A stretch of DNA of 64,000 nucleotides from Candidatus Bathyarchaeota archaeon (GCA_963811105.1 CAWEPZ010000002.1:480001-544000), one strand, 5' to 3'. Positions 1 to 10,586 are shown, counted from the stretch's first letter. Program-made: numbers and translations. The notes: generated from the letters alone by a model not told the origin.

Positions 1-1
1 T

Positions 2-2287
2 CCCGCCAATGTTGCAGAAGAACCAATTATTGATTACATGGCCAAGGACTACGAAAGTTTTCGTCAGCTAATGTTTAACAGGCTAAGTTTACTTATGCCA
101 GAATGGAAAGAGAGAAATCCTGCAGATCAAGGTGTTGCATTAGTAGAACTTCTGGCATATGTTGGGGATCAATTGAGCTATTTTCAGGATGGGGTTGCTA
201 CCGAAGCCTACCTGGGAACAGCACGTAAACGTATTTCTATTCGTAGACACGCACGATTGCTAGACTATTTTGTTCATGAAGGTTGCAACTCAAGGGTATG
301 GGTTACTTTAGAAGCTAATGATAATGCCGATGGCTTGCCTGTTCCAAAAGGCACAAAGCTTCTAACTGAAGGTTCGAATGCAACGACAGTGGTCAAGCAA
401 GCTGACTTTGGTCAAGCGTCTCAAGGAGCAACTATTTTTGAAACCATGCATGATTTGGTCCTACGTAAAACATGTAACCAATTTCAATTTTACACGTGGG
501 GTGAACCAGATTGTTGTCTTCCAAAAGGATCAACTCATGCAACTCTAACTGCAGAAAATGGCTTGATAGATTACTTGGTTAGTGATTTAGCAGAAAGCAC
601 CGAGTTGATCAAATTCTTGAAGTATCAATATGGACTAAGTTGGGTAAGCGGTAGTAGTTTCTCCAAAAACGGAAATGCACTTACATTTACAGATGGAGCA
701 AATGTTCTAACTATTACACCTAATGCAGGTGAAACAAAAGCTGCAGTGGTTCTCAATGGTAATGTAATAGATGAACTCAATATGAGAAACGGGGGATTAT
801 ACTCTTATAGTCTTAGGAAAGGTGATGTGTTAGTCTTTCAGGAAGTTCGGTCTCCTGTAAATGGTTTAGTTGCTGACGCCAATCCTGAACATCGTCATGC
901 GATAAAAATTACAGCAGTAAAAAGCAATGTAGATCAACTCAATAATCCTCCCACTAATGTCTTAGAGATAGATTGGGCTCAGGAGGATGCACTTCCATTC
1001 CCATTATGCCTTCATAACGTGATGGACCCTTCTCTTAGTCTTCAGGTGGCGGTAAGTATTGCTTATGGAAACGTTGTGCTTGCTGATCATGGCAATACCA
1101 AGTTCACGGGCAATCTAAAGGACTTTGGTTATCAAGATAGCTATGGATTCACGCAGTTTACAGAATTTTTGGGAAATACACCCTCGACTGGACTATTTCG
1201 ACCCAAACTTTCAGACGGCCCTCTAACTTTTTCAGCAAAATTTGAACCAACTTCGTCAGCGGCTTCTTCTTTTAATTATGATGCTAAAGAAGCTCTTCCA
1301 AATATCCAGATCCTTGGGGAAAACGAATCAGGATATCTACAATTATGGTCTCCACAGAATGATCTTCTTTCAAGTGCACAGTTCGCTTTAGAATTTGTAG
1401 TTGAAATAGACAATGATGGGACTCCATACATTCGATTTGGAGACGATGAACTGGGCATGAAACCTTCAGATAGCACAAAAGAAAACCCAAATGGGTTCTT
1501 TGCCATCTACCGGGTTGGAAATGGAAAACAGGGAAACGTTGGAAGAGAAACCATCACACGAATAGCTAACTCTGAAAGCTTCAATGCCGAAGGCGTAACG
1601 CTCATTCGAAACCCCATGGAAGCTCAGGGAGGAATAGATCCTGAAGATATGGAAAACGTGCGTCAATTCGCTCCCCAAGCATTTCGAACTCAAGAGCGAG
1701 CGGTGACACAAGAAGATTACGTACAAGTGTTAAAACAATATCCCGGAATACAAAGCGCATACGCGGACATTAGGTGGACAGGCAGCTGGCATACAGCATT
1801 CATAGCAATAGACCGCGTAGGCGGGCAACCTGTTGATGATGTCTTTAAGCAAGAAATAATGCAGTACTTTGAAAAATACCGTTTAGCAGGTTATGATGTT
1901 GAAATTATTGATCCTAATTATGTGCCCCTTTTGATTCATGTTAATGTTTGTATTGCTCAAAACTATTACTGGGGCGATGTAGAAATGGCTTTGTTAGATA
2001 TTTTCAGTAATCGCATTCTACTTGACGGAACTACTGGTTTCTTTTATCCAGATAATTTTAGTTTCGGTCAGACGGTCTATCTTAGCAAAATTATTGAAGC
2101 AGCTCTTAGAGTTCCAGGAGTGAATTCGATAACTGTAGATACTTTTCAACGGTTTGGAAAGGTTCCTAATAATGAACTTGCAAATGCCAAAATTGTAATT
2201 GCTTCATCAGAGATAGCTAGACTTGACAACGATCCAAACTTTCAGGAAAACGGAAAAATAATGTTCTCACAGGAGAAAACCTCATGA
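2..2287 (+). CDS. eCIS baseplate assembly protein (baseplate J/Afp11-like), 5'-truncated by window edge
   Basis: The frame is open upstream of ATG38 (PANVAEEPIIDYMAKDYESFRQLM). Motifs DYxAKDYxSFRQLM, LLAYVGDQLSYFQD.VATEAYLGTAR, RFGD, YRVGNG and QERAVTQEDY are typical of eCIS baseplate proteins. Confidence 0.9.
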   Translation, partial: PANVAEEPIIDYMAKDYESFRQLMFNRLSLLMPEWKERNPADQGVALVELLAYVGDQLSYFQDGVATEAYLGTARKRISIRRHARLLDYFVHEGCNSRVWVTLEANDNADGLPVPKGTKLLTEGSNATTVVKQADFGQASQGATIFETMHDLVLRKTCNQFQFYTWGEPDCCLPKGSTHATLTAENGLIDYLVSDLAESTELIKFLKYQYGLSWVSGSSFSKNGNALTFTDGANVLTITPNAGETKAAVVLNGNVIDELNMRNGGLYSYSLRKGDVLVFQEVRSPVNGLVADANPEHRHAIKITAVKSNVDQLNNPPTNVLEIDWAQEDALPFPLCLHNVMDPSLSLQVAVSIAYGNVVLADHGNTKFTGNLKDFGYQDSYGFTQFTEFLGNTPSTGLFRPKLSDGPLTFSAKFEPTSSAASSFNYDAKEALPNIQILGENESGYLQLWSPQNDLLSSAQFALEFVVEIDNDGTPYIRFGDDELGMKPSDSTKENPNGFFAIYRVGNGKQGNVGRETITRIANSESFNAEGVTLIRNPMEAQGGIDPEDMENVRQFAPQAFRTQERAVTQEDYVQVLKQYPGIQSAYADIRWTGSWHTAFIAIDRVGGQPVDDVFKQEIMQYFEKYRLAGYDVEIIDPNYVPLLIHVNVCIAQNYYWGDVEMALLDIFSNRILLDGTTGFFYPDNFSFGQTVYLSKIIEAALRVPGVNSITVDTFQRFGKVPNNELANAKIVIASSEIARLDNDPNFQENGKIMFSQEKTS

Positions 2288-5200
2288 GCCAGAACAATAC
2301 GGATGACACTTGTGGTTGTTGCGAGGGCGTCAAAAAACTAACGCCAAACAGTATAGCAAATCCTTCTGGGCTGTCTTATCTAAATTATCGGGTAGGTACA
2401 CATAACAGGTTCAAAGCAAGCATGATTACTGAGTTGAGCAACTCCGTAATTCTCCCCCCAAATTGTGAACTGTTAAATCTGACAACACGGGCAGACGATG
2501 ACTTTTCAATTGCACTGCTTGACTCTTGGGCAACTGTTTGCGATGTTCTAACTTTCTATCAAGAGAGAATAGCGAACGAGGGCTTTCTCAGAACCTCTAC
2601 TGAACGTATGTCGATTATAGAATTAGCTCGTTCAATTGGTTATGAACTTCGCGCGGGCGTTGCAGCAGAAGCTTCTTTGGCATTTACAATTGAGAGTGCT
2701 CCGGGTGCAGTTGACACAACTACGATCGATGCTGGAACAAAAGTTCAAAGCCTACCTATTCAAGGAAAGAATCCGCCCGTGATGCCTCAAACGTATGAAA
2801 CAATTGAAAGTATTACGGCGCGTCCAGACTTTAATGATTTAAAACCAAAATTGACTACGCAACAAGTAATCGATGACTCAAACGTGGATCATCTTAGAAC
2901 AATTACGTTTACAGGCACAAACACCCAATTGAAAGTTGGCGATGGGCTACTAATTGTCAATCTTGCCCCGCTTGCATTCAAAACAATAACTGACGTGACA
3001 GTGGATTCAGTTTCGCAGACGACGATAATTACTCTTCTTGATGAAGACAAAAGATTAGATAATTATTTAGCACAAACATTTGTCGGTGGAGCCGATGAAT
3101 TCTACGCAGTACCTAAGAAAAAAGAACCGAACAACCCGAACAACGTAAATCAAATAAACTCTGATTATATCCAGACAATATTCTCCGAGAAACTGACTTA
3201 CTCTCAACTCCGAACTTCAATTGCCGAACGGGGATGGTCTATTAAAGATTTTACTAAAGCAGCAAACTCTATCTTCAGAAGTTTAATCCAGACCTCTTCA
3301 ACTAAGGTTTATGCTTTTAGAGCTCGCGCTGGATTCTTCGGAAACAACGCGCAACCTTGGGACACTATTCCATGGAATACATCATCAGACACAATAACGA
3401 AAAACCCATACATCCTCTCTTGGGACAATGTCGCCTTAATAAATACGGATTCCCAAGGAAATCCCAATGATAACGATAAAGTTGTATATTTAGATAATAG
3501 CTACCCAAAAGTTTTACAAAACAGTTGGATTGTGCTAAGGAATAAAGACGTCACATCTGCTTACACAATTGACGGTGTTTTCGAGGCAACTAAAGCAGAT
3601 TTCATGATGGCTGCTAAGGTAACGGGTCTAAGCATAAAAGTCCCTGAAACCGCCCCTTATGTAATTCTATATGTTCAAAATGAAAAATACACGAAAACCG
3701 ATGTGTCTTTCACATTTTCGATATTCTCAGTAGCAGGCGTTGGCTTTTCCCCTAATACCAATTTTTCGATTGACATAGCAGGAACGGATGATAATGGAAA
3801 TTCTTTCTTAGAAAATTTGTCAGTCATGACTGATAATCGCGGCGTGATTGCGATGACGGCATTTCCGTTTAATCCAGAACTGAAAAATGGTGCTACATTT
3901 GTTCTAAATGATGGGAATCATCAACGTTTGATGACTTATACTTTAAATTACATAAACACTCCAATTTACCTTCCTGTGACTCCTTTATCAGTTTTTAAGT
4001 TGCGTGAGACTACTGCATATATTCAGAGTGAAGAATTGATGCTTGCTGATATTTTAGATACAAACTCTGTTAATAAAACCAGTATAGTCTTAGATAAAAT
4101 AGTTGACGGATTAGAGGTTGATCAATTAATTTCGATTACAGGCGAACTACTTAATCAGCCAGGCACGATTATTAGTGAAGTTGTTTCCATCACAAATATT
4201 GCTGAATCTGAAGATGGTTCGCACACGGAAATAACATTTACAGGTTTGGAGAACTCTTTTGTACCTGAAACAATCAACATCAACGCAAATGTCGCCAGAG
4301 CAACACATGGTGAAACAAAAACAGAAGTTCTGGGAAGCGGCGATCCATCCCAACCTCATCTTGAATTCATGCTAAGACAGAAACCGTTAACATATATTCC
4401 AGCTTCAACGCCAGAAGGCGCGCAATCCACTTTAATGTTGAGCGTTGATAATATAGTCTGGAATGAAGTTGGAAGCCTTTATAATGTTGGACCTAAAGAT
4501 CATTCCTTTATTACTCGTTTAGACGATTATTCCCAGACGCACTTATTTTTTGGAAATGCTAGACCTTCCTCAGGATCAGAAAACATAACCGCGAAGTACA
4601 GAGTCGGTATCGGAACTGATGGTAAGGTGCAAGCTGGGCAGCTTTCCATTCTTTTAACCAGACCTTTAGGCGTTCGAAGCGTAACTAACCCCGTCGATTC
4701 ATCTGAAGGGTCAGATCCTGAACCGAGAGACCAAGCGCGCAAAAATGCTCCAATTCGCATTCTTACTCTTGACCGAATTGTTTCAATTGAGGATTGCGAA
4801 AGCTTTGCTCTTTCCTTTCCTGGGATAGGTAAGGCAAAAGCTTTGCTAGCTTCAAACGGTGAATCTAAAAAAGTCAGGTTGATTGTTGCAGGTTCTAATG
4901 GCAACGTAGTTGACCCTGTTTCTCAAACAGATCTTTTGGATGCAATAAAAAATATTAGCGACCCGTTCATGCACGTGTCTGTGGAATCTTTTGTTAGTAA
5001 ATTTTTTTCTATAACGGCGACTGTGTGGGCATCAAAAGACAGAAATCCAAGCTTGGTTAAGCAGAACATTGTTAATCTGCTTCAAAGCATTTTTTCGTTT
5101 GATAATAGACAGTTTGGACAAGGCGTAGCATTAAGTGAAGTTATTGCTACAATTCAACAAGTGGATGGCGTTTTAGGGGCAAATATTAATGATCTATACT

Positions 5201-5310
5201 TATCGGCTGAAAATGAGGCATCTAATAATTTCATTAGCTCCGATATTTCGGAACTCTTATTCTTAAGTCCTGACCCCACCGAAATATCAGTAACGGTGAT
5301 TTCAACATGA
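2284..5310 (+). CDS. eCIS baseplate assembly protein 2 (baseplate J-like)
   Basis: N-terminal CGCCEG; DVLTFYQERIANEGFLRT; NANVARATHGET; YRVGIG; LDRIVSIED. ATGA overlap with the upstream gene. Confidence 0.9.
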   Translation: MSQNNTDDTCGCCEGVKKLTPNSIANPSGLSYLNYRVGTHNRFKASMITELSNSVILPPNCELLNLTTRADDDFSIALLDSWATVCDVLTFYQERIANEGFLRTSTERMSIIELARSIGYELRAGVAAEASLAFTIESAPGAVDTTTIDAGTKVQSLPIQGKNPPVMPQTYETIESITARPDFNDLKPKLTTQQVIDDSNVDHLRTITFTGTNTQLKVGDGLLIVNLAPLAFKTITDVTVDSVSQTTIITLLDEDKRLDNYLAQTFVGGADEFYAVPKKKEPNNPNNVNQINSDYIQTIFSEKLTYSQLRTSIAERGWSIKDFTKAANSIFRSLIQTSSTKVYAFRARAGFFGNNAQPWDTIPWNTSSDTITKNPYILSWDNVALINTDSQGNPNDNDKVVYLDNSYPKVLQNSWIVLRNKDVTSAYTIDGVFEATKADFMMAAKVTGLSIKVPETAPYVILYVQNEKYTKTDVSFTFSIFSVAGVGFSPNTNFSIDIAGTDDNGNSFLENLSVMTDNRGVIAMTAFPFNPELKNGATFVLNDGNHQRLMTYTLNYINTPIYLPVTPLSVFKLRETTAYIQSEELMLADILDTNSVNKTSIVLDKIVDGLEVDQLISITGELLNQPGTIISEVVSITNIAESEDGSHTEITFTGLENSFVPETININANVARATHGETKTEVLGSGDPSQPHLEFMLRQKPLTYIPASTPEGAQSTLMLSVDNIVWNEVGSLYNVGPKDHSFITRLDDYSQTHLFFGNARPSSGSENITAKYRVGIGTDGKVQAGQLSILLTRPLGVRSVTNPVDSSEGSDPEPRDQARKNAPIRILTLDRIVSIEDCESFALSFPGIGKAKALLASNGESKKVRLIVAGSNGNVVDPVSQTDLLDAIKNISDPFMHVSVESFVSKFFSITATVWASKDRNPSLVKQNIVNLLQSIFSFDNRQFGQGVALSEVIATIQQVDGVLGANINDLYLSAENEASNNFISSDISELLFLSPDPTEISVTVIST

Positions 5311-7388
5311 CACAGAAACAGCAGCAAAACAGTGAAAGAGCAAAGTACACCGCAGATGAGCTCTATAAGCTTCTTCCCTCTGTTTATCGACAACGTGATG
5401 CTGCAGCAGGAAGCCCCTTGCTTGGACTGTTGACTGTGATTAGTGAGCAAGTTGGCATTTTGGAAGATGACATTTCTCAGCTATATGAAAACTGGTTTAT
5501 AGAAACCTGCGATTCTTGGGTGATACCTTACATTGGCGATTTATTAGGCGTCAAGTTACCAAATTCCAACGTAACTATTACCAACACTGTGAATCGCCGT
5601 TCTTTTGTCGCTAACACAATTTCTTATCGTCGCCGCAAAGGCACTCTTTTAGTAATGGAGAACTTGGCAAGGGACATAACAGGGTGGAGTGCTAACGCGG
5701 TTGAATTCTTTCAAATCTTAGAAACAACCCAATGCCTAAATCACATTCGACTAAACGTTGGAACAACAGATTTGAGAGAAATGGAGCGGTTAAGCTTTCT
5801 CAATACTACATTTGATTCCATTGCGCACACAGTTGAAGTTAGAAACATAAGTAGCGGGAAAGGCTTATACAATATCCCAAACATCGGAATATTTCTCTGG
5901 AGGCTTGAAGCTTTTCCAGTAATGAATGCACCGGCGTTCAGAAAAGGGGATCGTAGGTTTTGCTTTAATGTTGTGGGCTACGATACTCAACTTTTCAATA
6001 ATCCTATTACCGAAAGTGGAGTTTTTCAAACAACCGAAGAAAAGAACCTTCCCATACCTCTAACTCGACCAGACCTTAGTAATCACATGGATAACTATTA
6101 CTCCAATTTCTATGAAGACAAAAGCATAGGTATTGAAACTGATATTGAAACTGGTCGGAGAATAAGGAACTCTAGTGAAATCGTTGTTTGCGATTTAAAT
6201 AAATGGGATTTACCTACTTGGATACCTCCTCAAGATAAAATTGCTGTTGATCCGGTTCTAGGCAGGATTGCTTTTCCATCAAACGAGAACGCTCCAAAGG
6301 ATGTACATGTAAATTATTACTACGGCTTTAGTGGCGAGGTAGGCGGGGGATTCTATGAACGCCCATTATCTGAACTTCAGAACGCAAAATACTTCAAGAT
6401 CGCGAAAAAAAAAGGCGACTTCACCTCAATTCAGGCTGCAGCTAACAACTGGAACCAAGCTACAAATCCTTTAGCAATATTTGAAATAGCTGATAGCGAA
6501 GTCTATAATGAATCAATATCTCTCAGTATATCTTTAACTTCAAAGCTTGTAATTCGCGCAGCGCAAAGAATGAGACCTTACGTAAATCCAACCGAAACCA
6601 TTCAAATATCTGCCTTAGACTCGTCTCCTGCTTCAACTTCTCCTCAATCATCTGTCACCTTCGATGGTCTGCTCTTTGGTCAGGAAATCATCGTCACCCC
6701 AGGAAACTTGGGTTATCTTGATTTTAGTCACTGCACTTTAATACCTGATCAACTGAAAATTGAGGTAAATCAGGGAAACGATAATTTGAATGTAAACTTG
6801 AATCACACAATTTCAGGTGGTATTGAATCGTTACCTTGTAAAGCAGTGGTGACAATAAGTGATAGTATAATTGATGCAGGAACTCTTCCTCAATTTCCTG
6901 CTGTAATAATTGTACCTGCATTATCCTGTTATGAGGTTAAAGTTGAAAGGAGCACAATTCTTGGATTAGTTGACGTGACTTTAATTAATGCAAGCAATAG
7001 CATCTTTACAGAACAAGTAACTTCAAACCGTCGTCAAGTTGGTTGTATGAGATTCTGCTTTGTTCCTTACAAATCAAGGACACCCCGCCAGTATAGATGT
7101 CAACCAGCTTTACAACTTGCAAAATATTCTTCAAACATTTCCGATACTGAGAAAGTTTCTATCTCTTTGGAGATTAGTCCCAAATTTACTTCCACGACGT
7201 ATGGTGACGCAGGATACGCTCAACTTGCAACAGATGCTCCTTCGGAGATCTTTCAGGGTGCAGACGACGGAAATGAAATGGGCGTTTTTAGTCAACTTCA
7301 ACAAGCAATTCGTTTAAGTAATCTTAAGCTAAGTATAGATGAGTACAAACGTTTGGGTCTTGAAACCGGACTATTTTTTGTAACTTGA
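5307..7388 (+). CDS. eCIS tail/baseplate wedge protein (Afp12/P2 gpI-like)
   Basis: LYKLLPSVYRQRD, LYENWFIETC..WVIPYIGDLLG, RRRKGT, VDPVLGRIAF, C-terminal GADDGNEMGVF. ATGA overlap. Confidence 0.85.
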   Translation: MTQKQQQNSERAKYTADELYKLLPSVYRQRDAAAGSPLLGLLTVISEQVGILEDDISQLYENWFIETCDSWVIPYIGDLLGVKLPNSNVTITNTVNRRSFVANTISYRRRKGTLLVMENLARDITGWSANAVEFFQILETTQCLNHIRLNVGTTDLREMERLSFLNTTFDSIAHTVEVRNISSGKGLYNIPNIGIFLWRLEAFPVMNAPAFRKGDRRFCFNVVGYDTQLFNNPITESGVFQTTEEKNLPIPLTRPDLSNHMDNYYSNFYEDKSIGIETDIETGRRIRNSSEIVVCDLNKWDLPTWIPPQDKIAVDPVLGRIAFPSNENAPKDVHVNYYYGFSGEVGGGFYERPLSELQNAKYFKIAKKKGDFTSIQAAANNWNQATNPLAIFEIADSEVYNESISLSISLTSKLVIRAAQRMRPYVNPTETIQISALDSSPASTSPQSSVTFDGLLFGQEIIVTPGNLGYLDFSHCTLIPDQLKIEVNQGNDNLNVNLNHTISGGIESLPCKAVVTISDSIIDAGTLPQFPAVIIVPALSCYEVKVERSTILGLVDVTLINASNSIFTEQVTSNRRQVGCMRFCFVPYKSRTPRQYRCQPALQLAKYSSNISDTEKVSISLEISPKFTSTTYGDAGYAQLATDAPSEIFQGADDGNEMGVFSQLQQAIRLSNLKLSIDEYKRLGLETGLFFVT

Positions 7389-7397
7389 GGGAAAAAT

Positions 7398-10300
7398 ATG
7401 AAAGGCGATTTTACAAGATCAACATTCAAAAAAGAAAAGCATTATTCACGAATAAACAAGCAACAAGGTCGAGTAGAGCTTGATGCCGATTGGAACGAAC
7501 AAATATCAATTGATGAACACCATGAAAGAACAGTCCTAAAGGATATTATAGGCGTAACAGGTACACCAATCGAGAACGAATCTTACAGCGACGGGTTCAA
7601 AATTGTTAATGCCTCTCCAAGCTTAAATAATTATACGATCAGCAAGGGAAGATACTATCTCGATGGAATATTGTGTGAAAACGAAAAAGATGTAACATCC
7701 GACAAACAGCCGGATCTTCCATTGGACGCTAACGGAACAAATGAAGCCTTCCTGAAAGGTTCGGGCACACATATTATTTATCTAGATGTATGGGAGAGAC
7801 CTCTCACTTACCTCGACGATCCACTAATTCGAGAAACTGCACTTCTCGGGCCAGATACAGCCACTAGAACAAAAACAGTTTGGCAAGTAAAAGCACTCCT
7901 CGTCAACCCCAACGTCGACCCCAACTTCACGTGCTCTTCAAACATTGACGCATGGGATAATTTAGTCAAGCCCTCGACGGCGATGCTTACCGCACGCTCT
8001 ACCCCATCAGCCGGGACTCAAACCGCATGCGATCTTCCTCCGACGGCGGGCTACACAAATCTAGAAAATCATCTCTATAGAATTGAGATTCATGATGGCG
8101 GCACTGTACCCCCTGCTGGTGCTTCTCCTGTTATGCCACTAAACAAGCAACCCACTTTCAAATGGTCAAGAGACAATGGGGTAGTTGCAAGTAAAATTAC
8201 TAAAATTGATGAAACTAACAAAGAGCTAACTGTAAGCGATTTAGGCAAGGATAACGATCTTAGCTTTAAGCCACCTTGTTGGGCTGAAATCACTTCAGAT
8301 AGACATGAACTTTGGGGAAAACCAGGTACTTTTGTCAAAATTAAAAATGTTTCTAAAGATCTAACTTTAAGCTTTGATGATTCATCTATTGCCCAAAGCA
8401 ATTATGATGCCATAACTAACAAGAATTTCCCCTTAACCTTCACAGCAGGCCAATACAATGTCACTGTAAAAGACGATGCCCCTAATTCTGTTTCAGTTTC
8501 TCAACCTTTCACCATAACTGCAAGTTCCACTCCCTCTATTGCACTGAATCCGACGTCAGGTGCTGTAGGCTCAAAAGTGGATCTGTCGGGTTTGAATTTT
8601 GCCGCTAACTCACAAATCTCCGTGATATTTGATTCCAACAAAATCACTACACCGAGCTCGATTACAACGGACGATTCTGGTGCAATCCCTGTTGGAACTT
8701 CTTTCACTATTCCTCCGGGCAACAAAACGGTTCCTTATGCAGTAATGGTTACTGTAACTGACGCTGCCTCTAATTCCGCTTCTCAACCATTCAATGTCAA
8801 TGTTACTACTCCTACTACTATTGCATTGAATCCACCTCTTGGTATTGCAGGTTGGACGGTTGGCTTGTCTGGCTCAGGTTTTACTTCTTTCTCTAACTTC
8901 ACAGTTAAGTTTGATACTACGGATGTAACGCCCTCCTCTCCAACTCCAACGATTATTCGTGGTGGTACAATTCCTGCAGCAACCACATTTGTTGTTCCAC
9001 CTGGTGCTGCTCGTGGCTCTCACACAGTCACTGTGACTGATTCTGCCACCCCTCCTAAATCTGCATCCCAAACATTCACCGTTACTTCTACAACTGCCAA
9101 TCCAGTCATTTCGTTGAATCCGTTGTCTGGTATTGCGGGTTCGACGGTTGGCTTATCTGGTCAAGGTTTTAAAGCTAATTCAGCTTTAACGGTAACGTTT
9201 GATTCTGATTCAACTATTGTTTGGACAGGGATGTCTACTGCTTGGGGCGAAATTCCAGCAGACGTTTCGTTTACTATTCCAACTGGCAGTAACCCCAAAA
9301 TTCGAAAATGGGATTGTGATCCAAACCAGCCAGCCCCTAATGCAGTGCAGATACCTTCTAATAACAGTGGATATCTGCCACTTGAAAGTGAAGGCATTGA
9401 AATACAATTTACTAGTGGCACATATCGCACAGGCGATTGGTGGATTATTCCCGCCAGAACTGCAACCGCAGATATTGAGTGGCCTCTAAATGACAACGGT
9501 ACAGCAGAAAAATATCCCTTCGGAATCAAACATCACTTTGCCCGCATTGCCATAATTAACGTGCCAGCAAGTTCAGCTTCCACAACTTCGTTCCCTATTA
9601 CTGATTGTCGAAAAGTCTTCTCTTCTTTAACTGAGCCAATTAACTTCTATTGCGCTGGGGGCCAAGGCGCACAAGTAGCCCGATCAAGCAAAACAGGAAT
9701 ACCTCTTCAGGCAGGCGTAATGATTGGAAATACTGGGGTTTCCGCAACAATTAGGTTTACAATTGTCGATGGAGATATAAGCATACAGGATCCGAGCCCA
9801 GGAAAAACGCCTGTCAGCGGATCTTTAAACTATATAGATATTTCTACTGGTAATAATAGCACCCCTGGAATAGCCGAAATCTTGCTGATTCCTATTACTG
9901 GTAGCTCACCGACTTCGGATGTTAAAGCGGAATTGCTCTTCCTCGGTACTTCTCCACCGAACATCGTTCCGACCAATTTGGCTCCAATCTACTATACAAA
10001 TTCCATCATTGATCCTTCTATCATTGATATTGCTCCAACAACTGGGCTATTGAACTTAAGTGGATTCACCGGAACTACGGTTCATTTTTACGGTCCTTTC
10101 AAACACAACCTTACAGGGATTAAAGATTCCCCTGCAATCATCCTAGGGTATTATCCAAATCCAAAAACAGATAAATACAAATATCCAAATCCGATTCCGA
10201 ATCCAAAGGATGTTAACATGGGGGACGAACCCTTTACCGAACCAACCGGCGCACCGCAAGTTTACAACTTTAAAGCAGTAGGGGTAAACTTAACGAGTTT

Positions 10301-10586
10301 CTGGGTGGTTGTTGACACTAACGCAAACGTTAAGCCAGGCCCTTTACGATTTTGGGCAATACCGTCTAAATCGCAGATAGATCAAACGGGAAATGAAACT
10401 AGTGGGGTTGGTGGTTCTGTTCCAATTGTTCCGATTGTGAGTGGTTTGGTTGGTGGTACTGTTCCGATTGTGAGTGGTTTGGTTGGTGGTACTGTTCCGA
10501 TTGTGAGTGGTTTGGTTGGTGGTACTGTTCCGATTGTGAGTGGTTTGGTTGGTGGTTCTATACCAATTGTTTTGAACAGGGGCTAA
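7398..10586 (+). CDS. DUF6519-domain eCIS fibre-like protein with inserted Ig-like repeats
   Basis: MKGDFTR..F, QQGRVELDADWNEQ, GRYYLDGILCE, ENHLYRIEIH, FKWSRDNG, YRTGDWWIIPARTATADIEWP. RBS-like GAGG upstream. Confidence 0.85.
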   Translation: MKGDFTRSTFKKEKHYSRINKQQGRVELDADWNEQISIDEHHERTVLKDIIGVTGTPIENESYSDGFKIVNASPSLNNYTISKGRYYLDGILCENEKDVTSDKQPDLPLDANGTNEAFLKGSGTHIIYLDVWERPLTYLDDPLIRETALLGPDTATRTKTVWQVKALLVNPNVDPNFTCSSNIDAWDNLVKPSTAMLTARSTPSAGTQTACDLPPTAGYTNLENHLYRIEIHDGGTVPPAGASPVMPLNKQPTFKWSRDNGVVASKITKIDETNKELTVSDLGKDNDLSFKPPCWAEITSDRHELWGKPGTFVKIKNVSKDLTLSFDDSSIAQSNYDAITNKNFPLTFTAGQYNVTVKDDAPNSVSVSQPFTITASSTPSIALNPTSGAVGSKVDLSGLNFAANSQISVIFDSNKITTPSSITTDDSGAIPVGTSFTIPPGNKTVPYAVMVTVTDAASNSASQPFNVNVTTPTTIALNPPLGIAGWTVGLSGSGFTSFSNFTVKFDTTDVTPSSPTPTIIRGGTIPAATTFVVPPGAARGSHTVTVTDSATPPKSASQTFTVTSTTANPVISLNPLSGIAGSTVGLSGQGFKANSALTVTFDSDSTIVWTGMSTAWGEIPADVSFTIPTGSNPKIRKWDCDPNQPAPNAVQIPSNNSGYLPLESEGIEIQFTSGTYRTGDWWIIPARTATADIEWPLNDNGTAEKYPFGIKHHFARIAIINVPASSASTTSFPITDCRKVFSSLTEPINFYCAGGQGAQVARSSKTGIPLQAGVMIGNTGVSATIRFTIVDGDISIQDPSPGKTPVSGSLNYIDISTGNNSTPGIAEILLIPITGSSPTSDVKAELLFLGTSPPNIVPTNLAPIYYTNSIIDPSIIDIAPTTGLLNLSGFTGTTVHFYGPFKHNLTGIKDSPAIILGYYPNPKTDKYKYPNPIPNPKDVNMGDEPFTEPTGAPQVYNFKAVGVNLTSFWVVVDTNANVKPGPLRFWAIPSKSQIDQTGNETSGVGGSVPIVPIVSGLVGGTVPIVSGLVGGTVPIVSGLVGGTVPIVSGLVGGSIPIVLNRG
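10428..10559 (+). repeat. 33-bp tandem repeat x4 encoding VPIVSGLVGG(T/S)
   Basis: gttccgattgtgagtggtttggttggtggtact units start at 10428, 10461, 10494 and 10527. Confidence 0.95.

Noticed and set aside
10428-10559. 33-bp repeats as a CRISPR array
   Set aside because: No spacers; the repeat is in-frame coding sequence, and there are no cas genes.
2-10586. Prophage tail operon
   Set aside because: No capsid, terminase or tape measure gene in the window. The DUF6519/DUF4157 context indicates eCIS, and the genes lie outside the att-bounded element.
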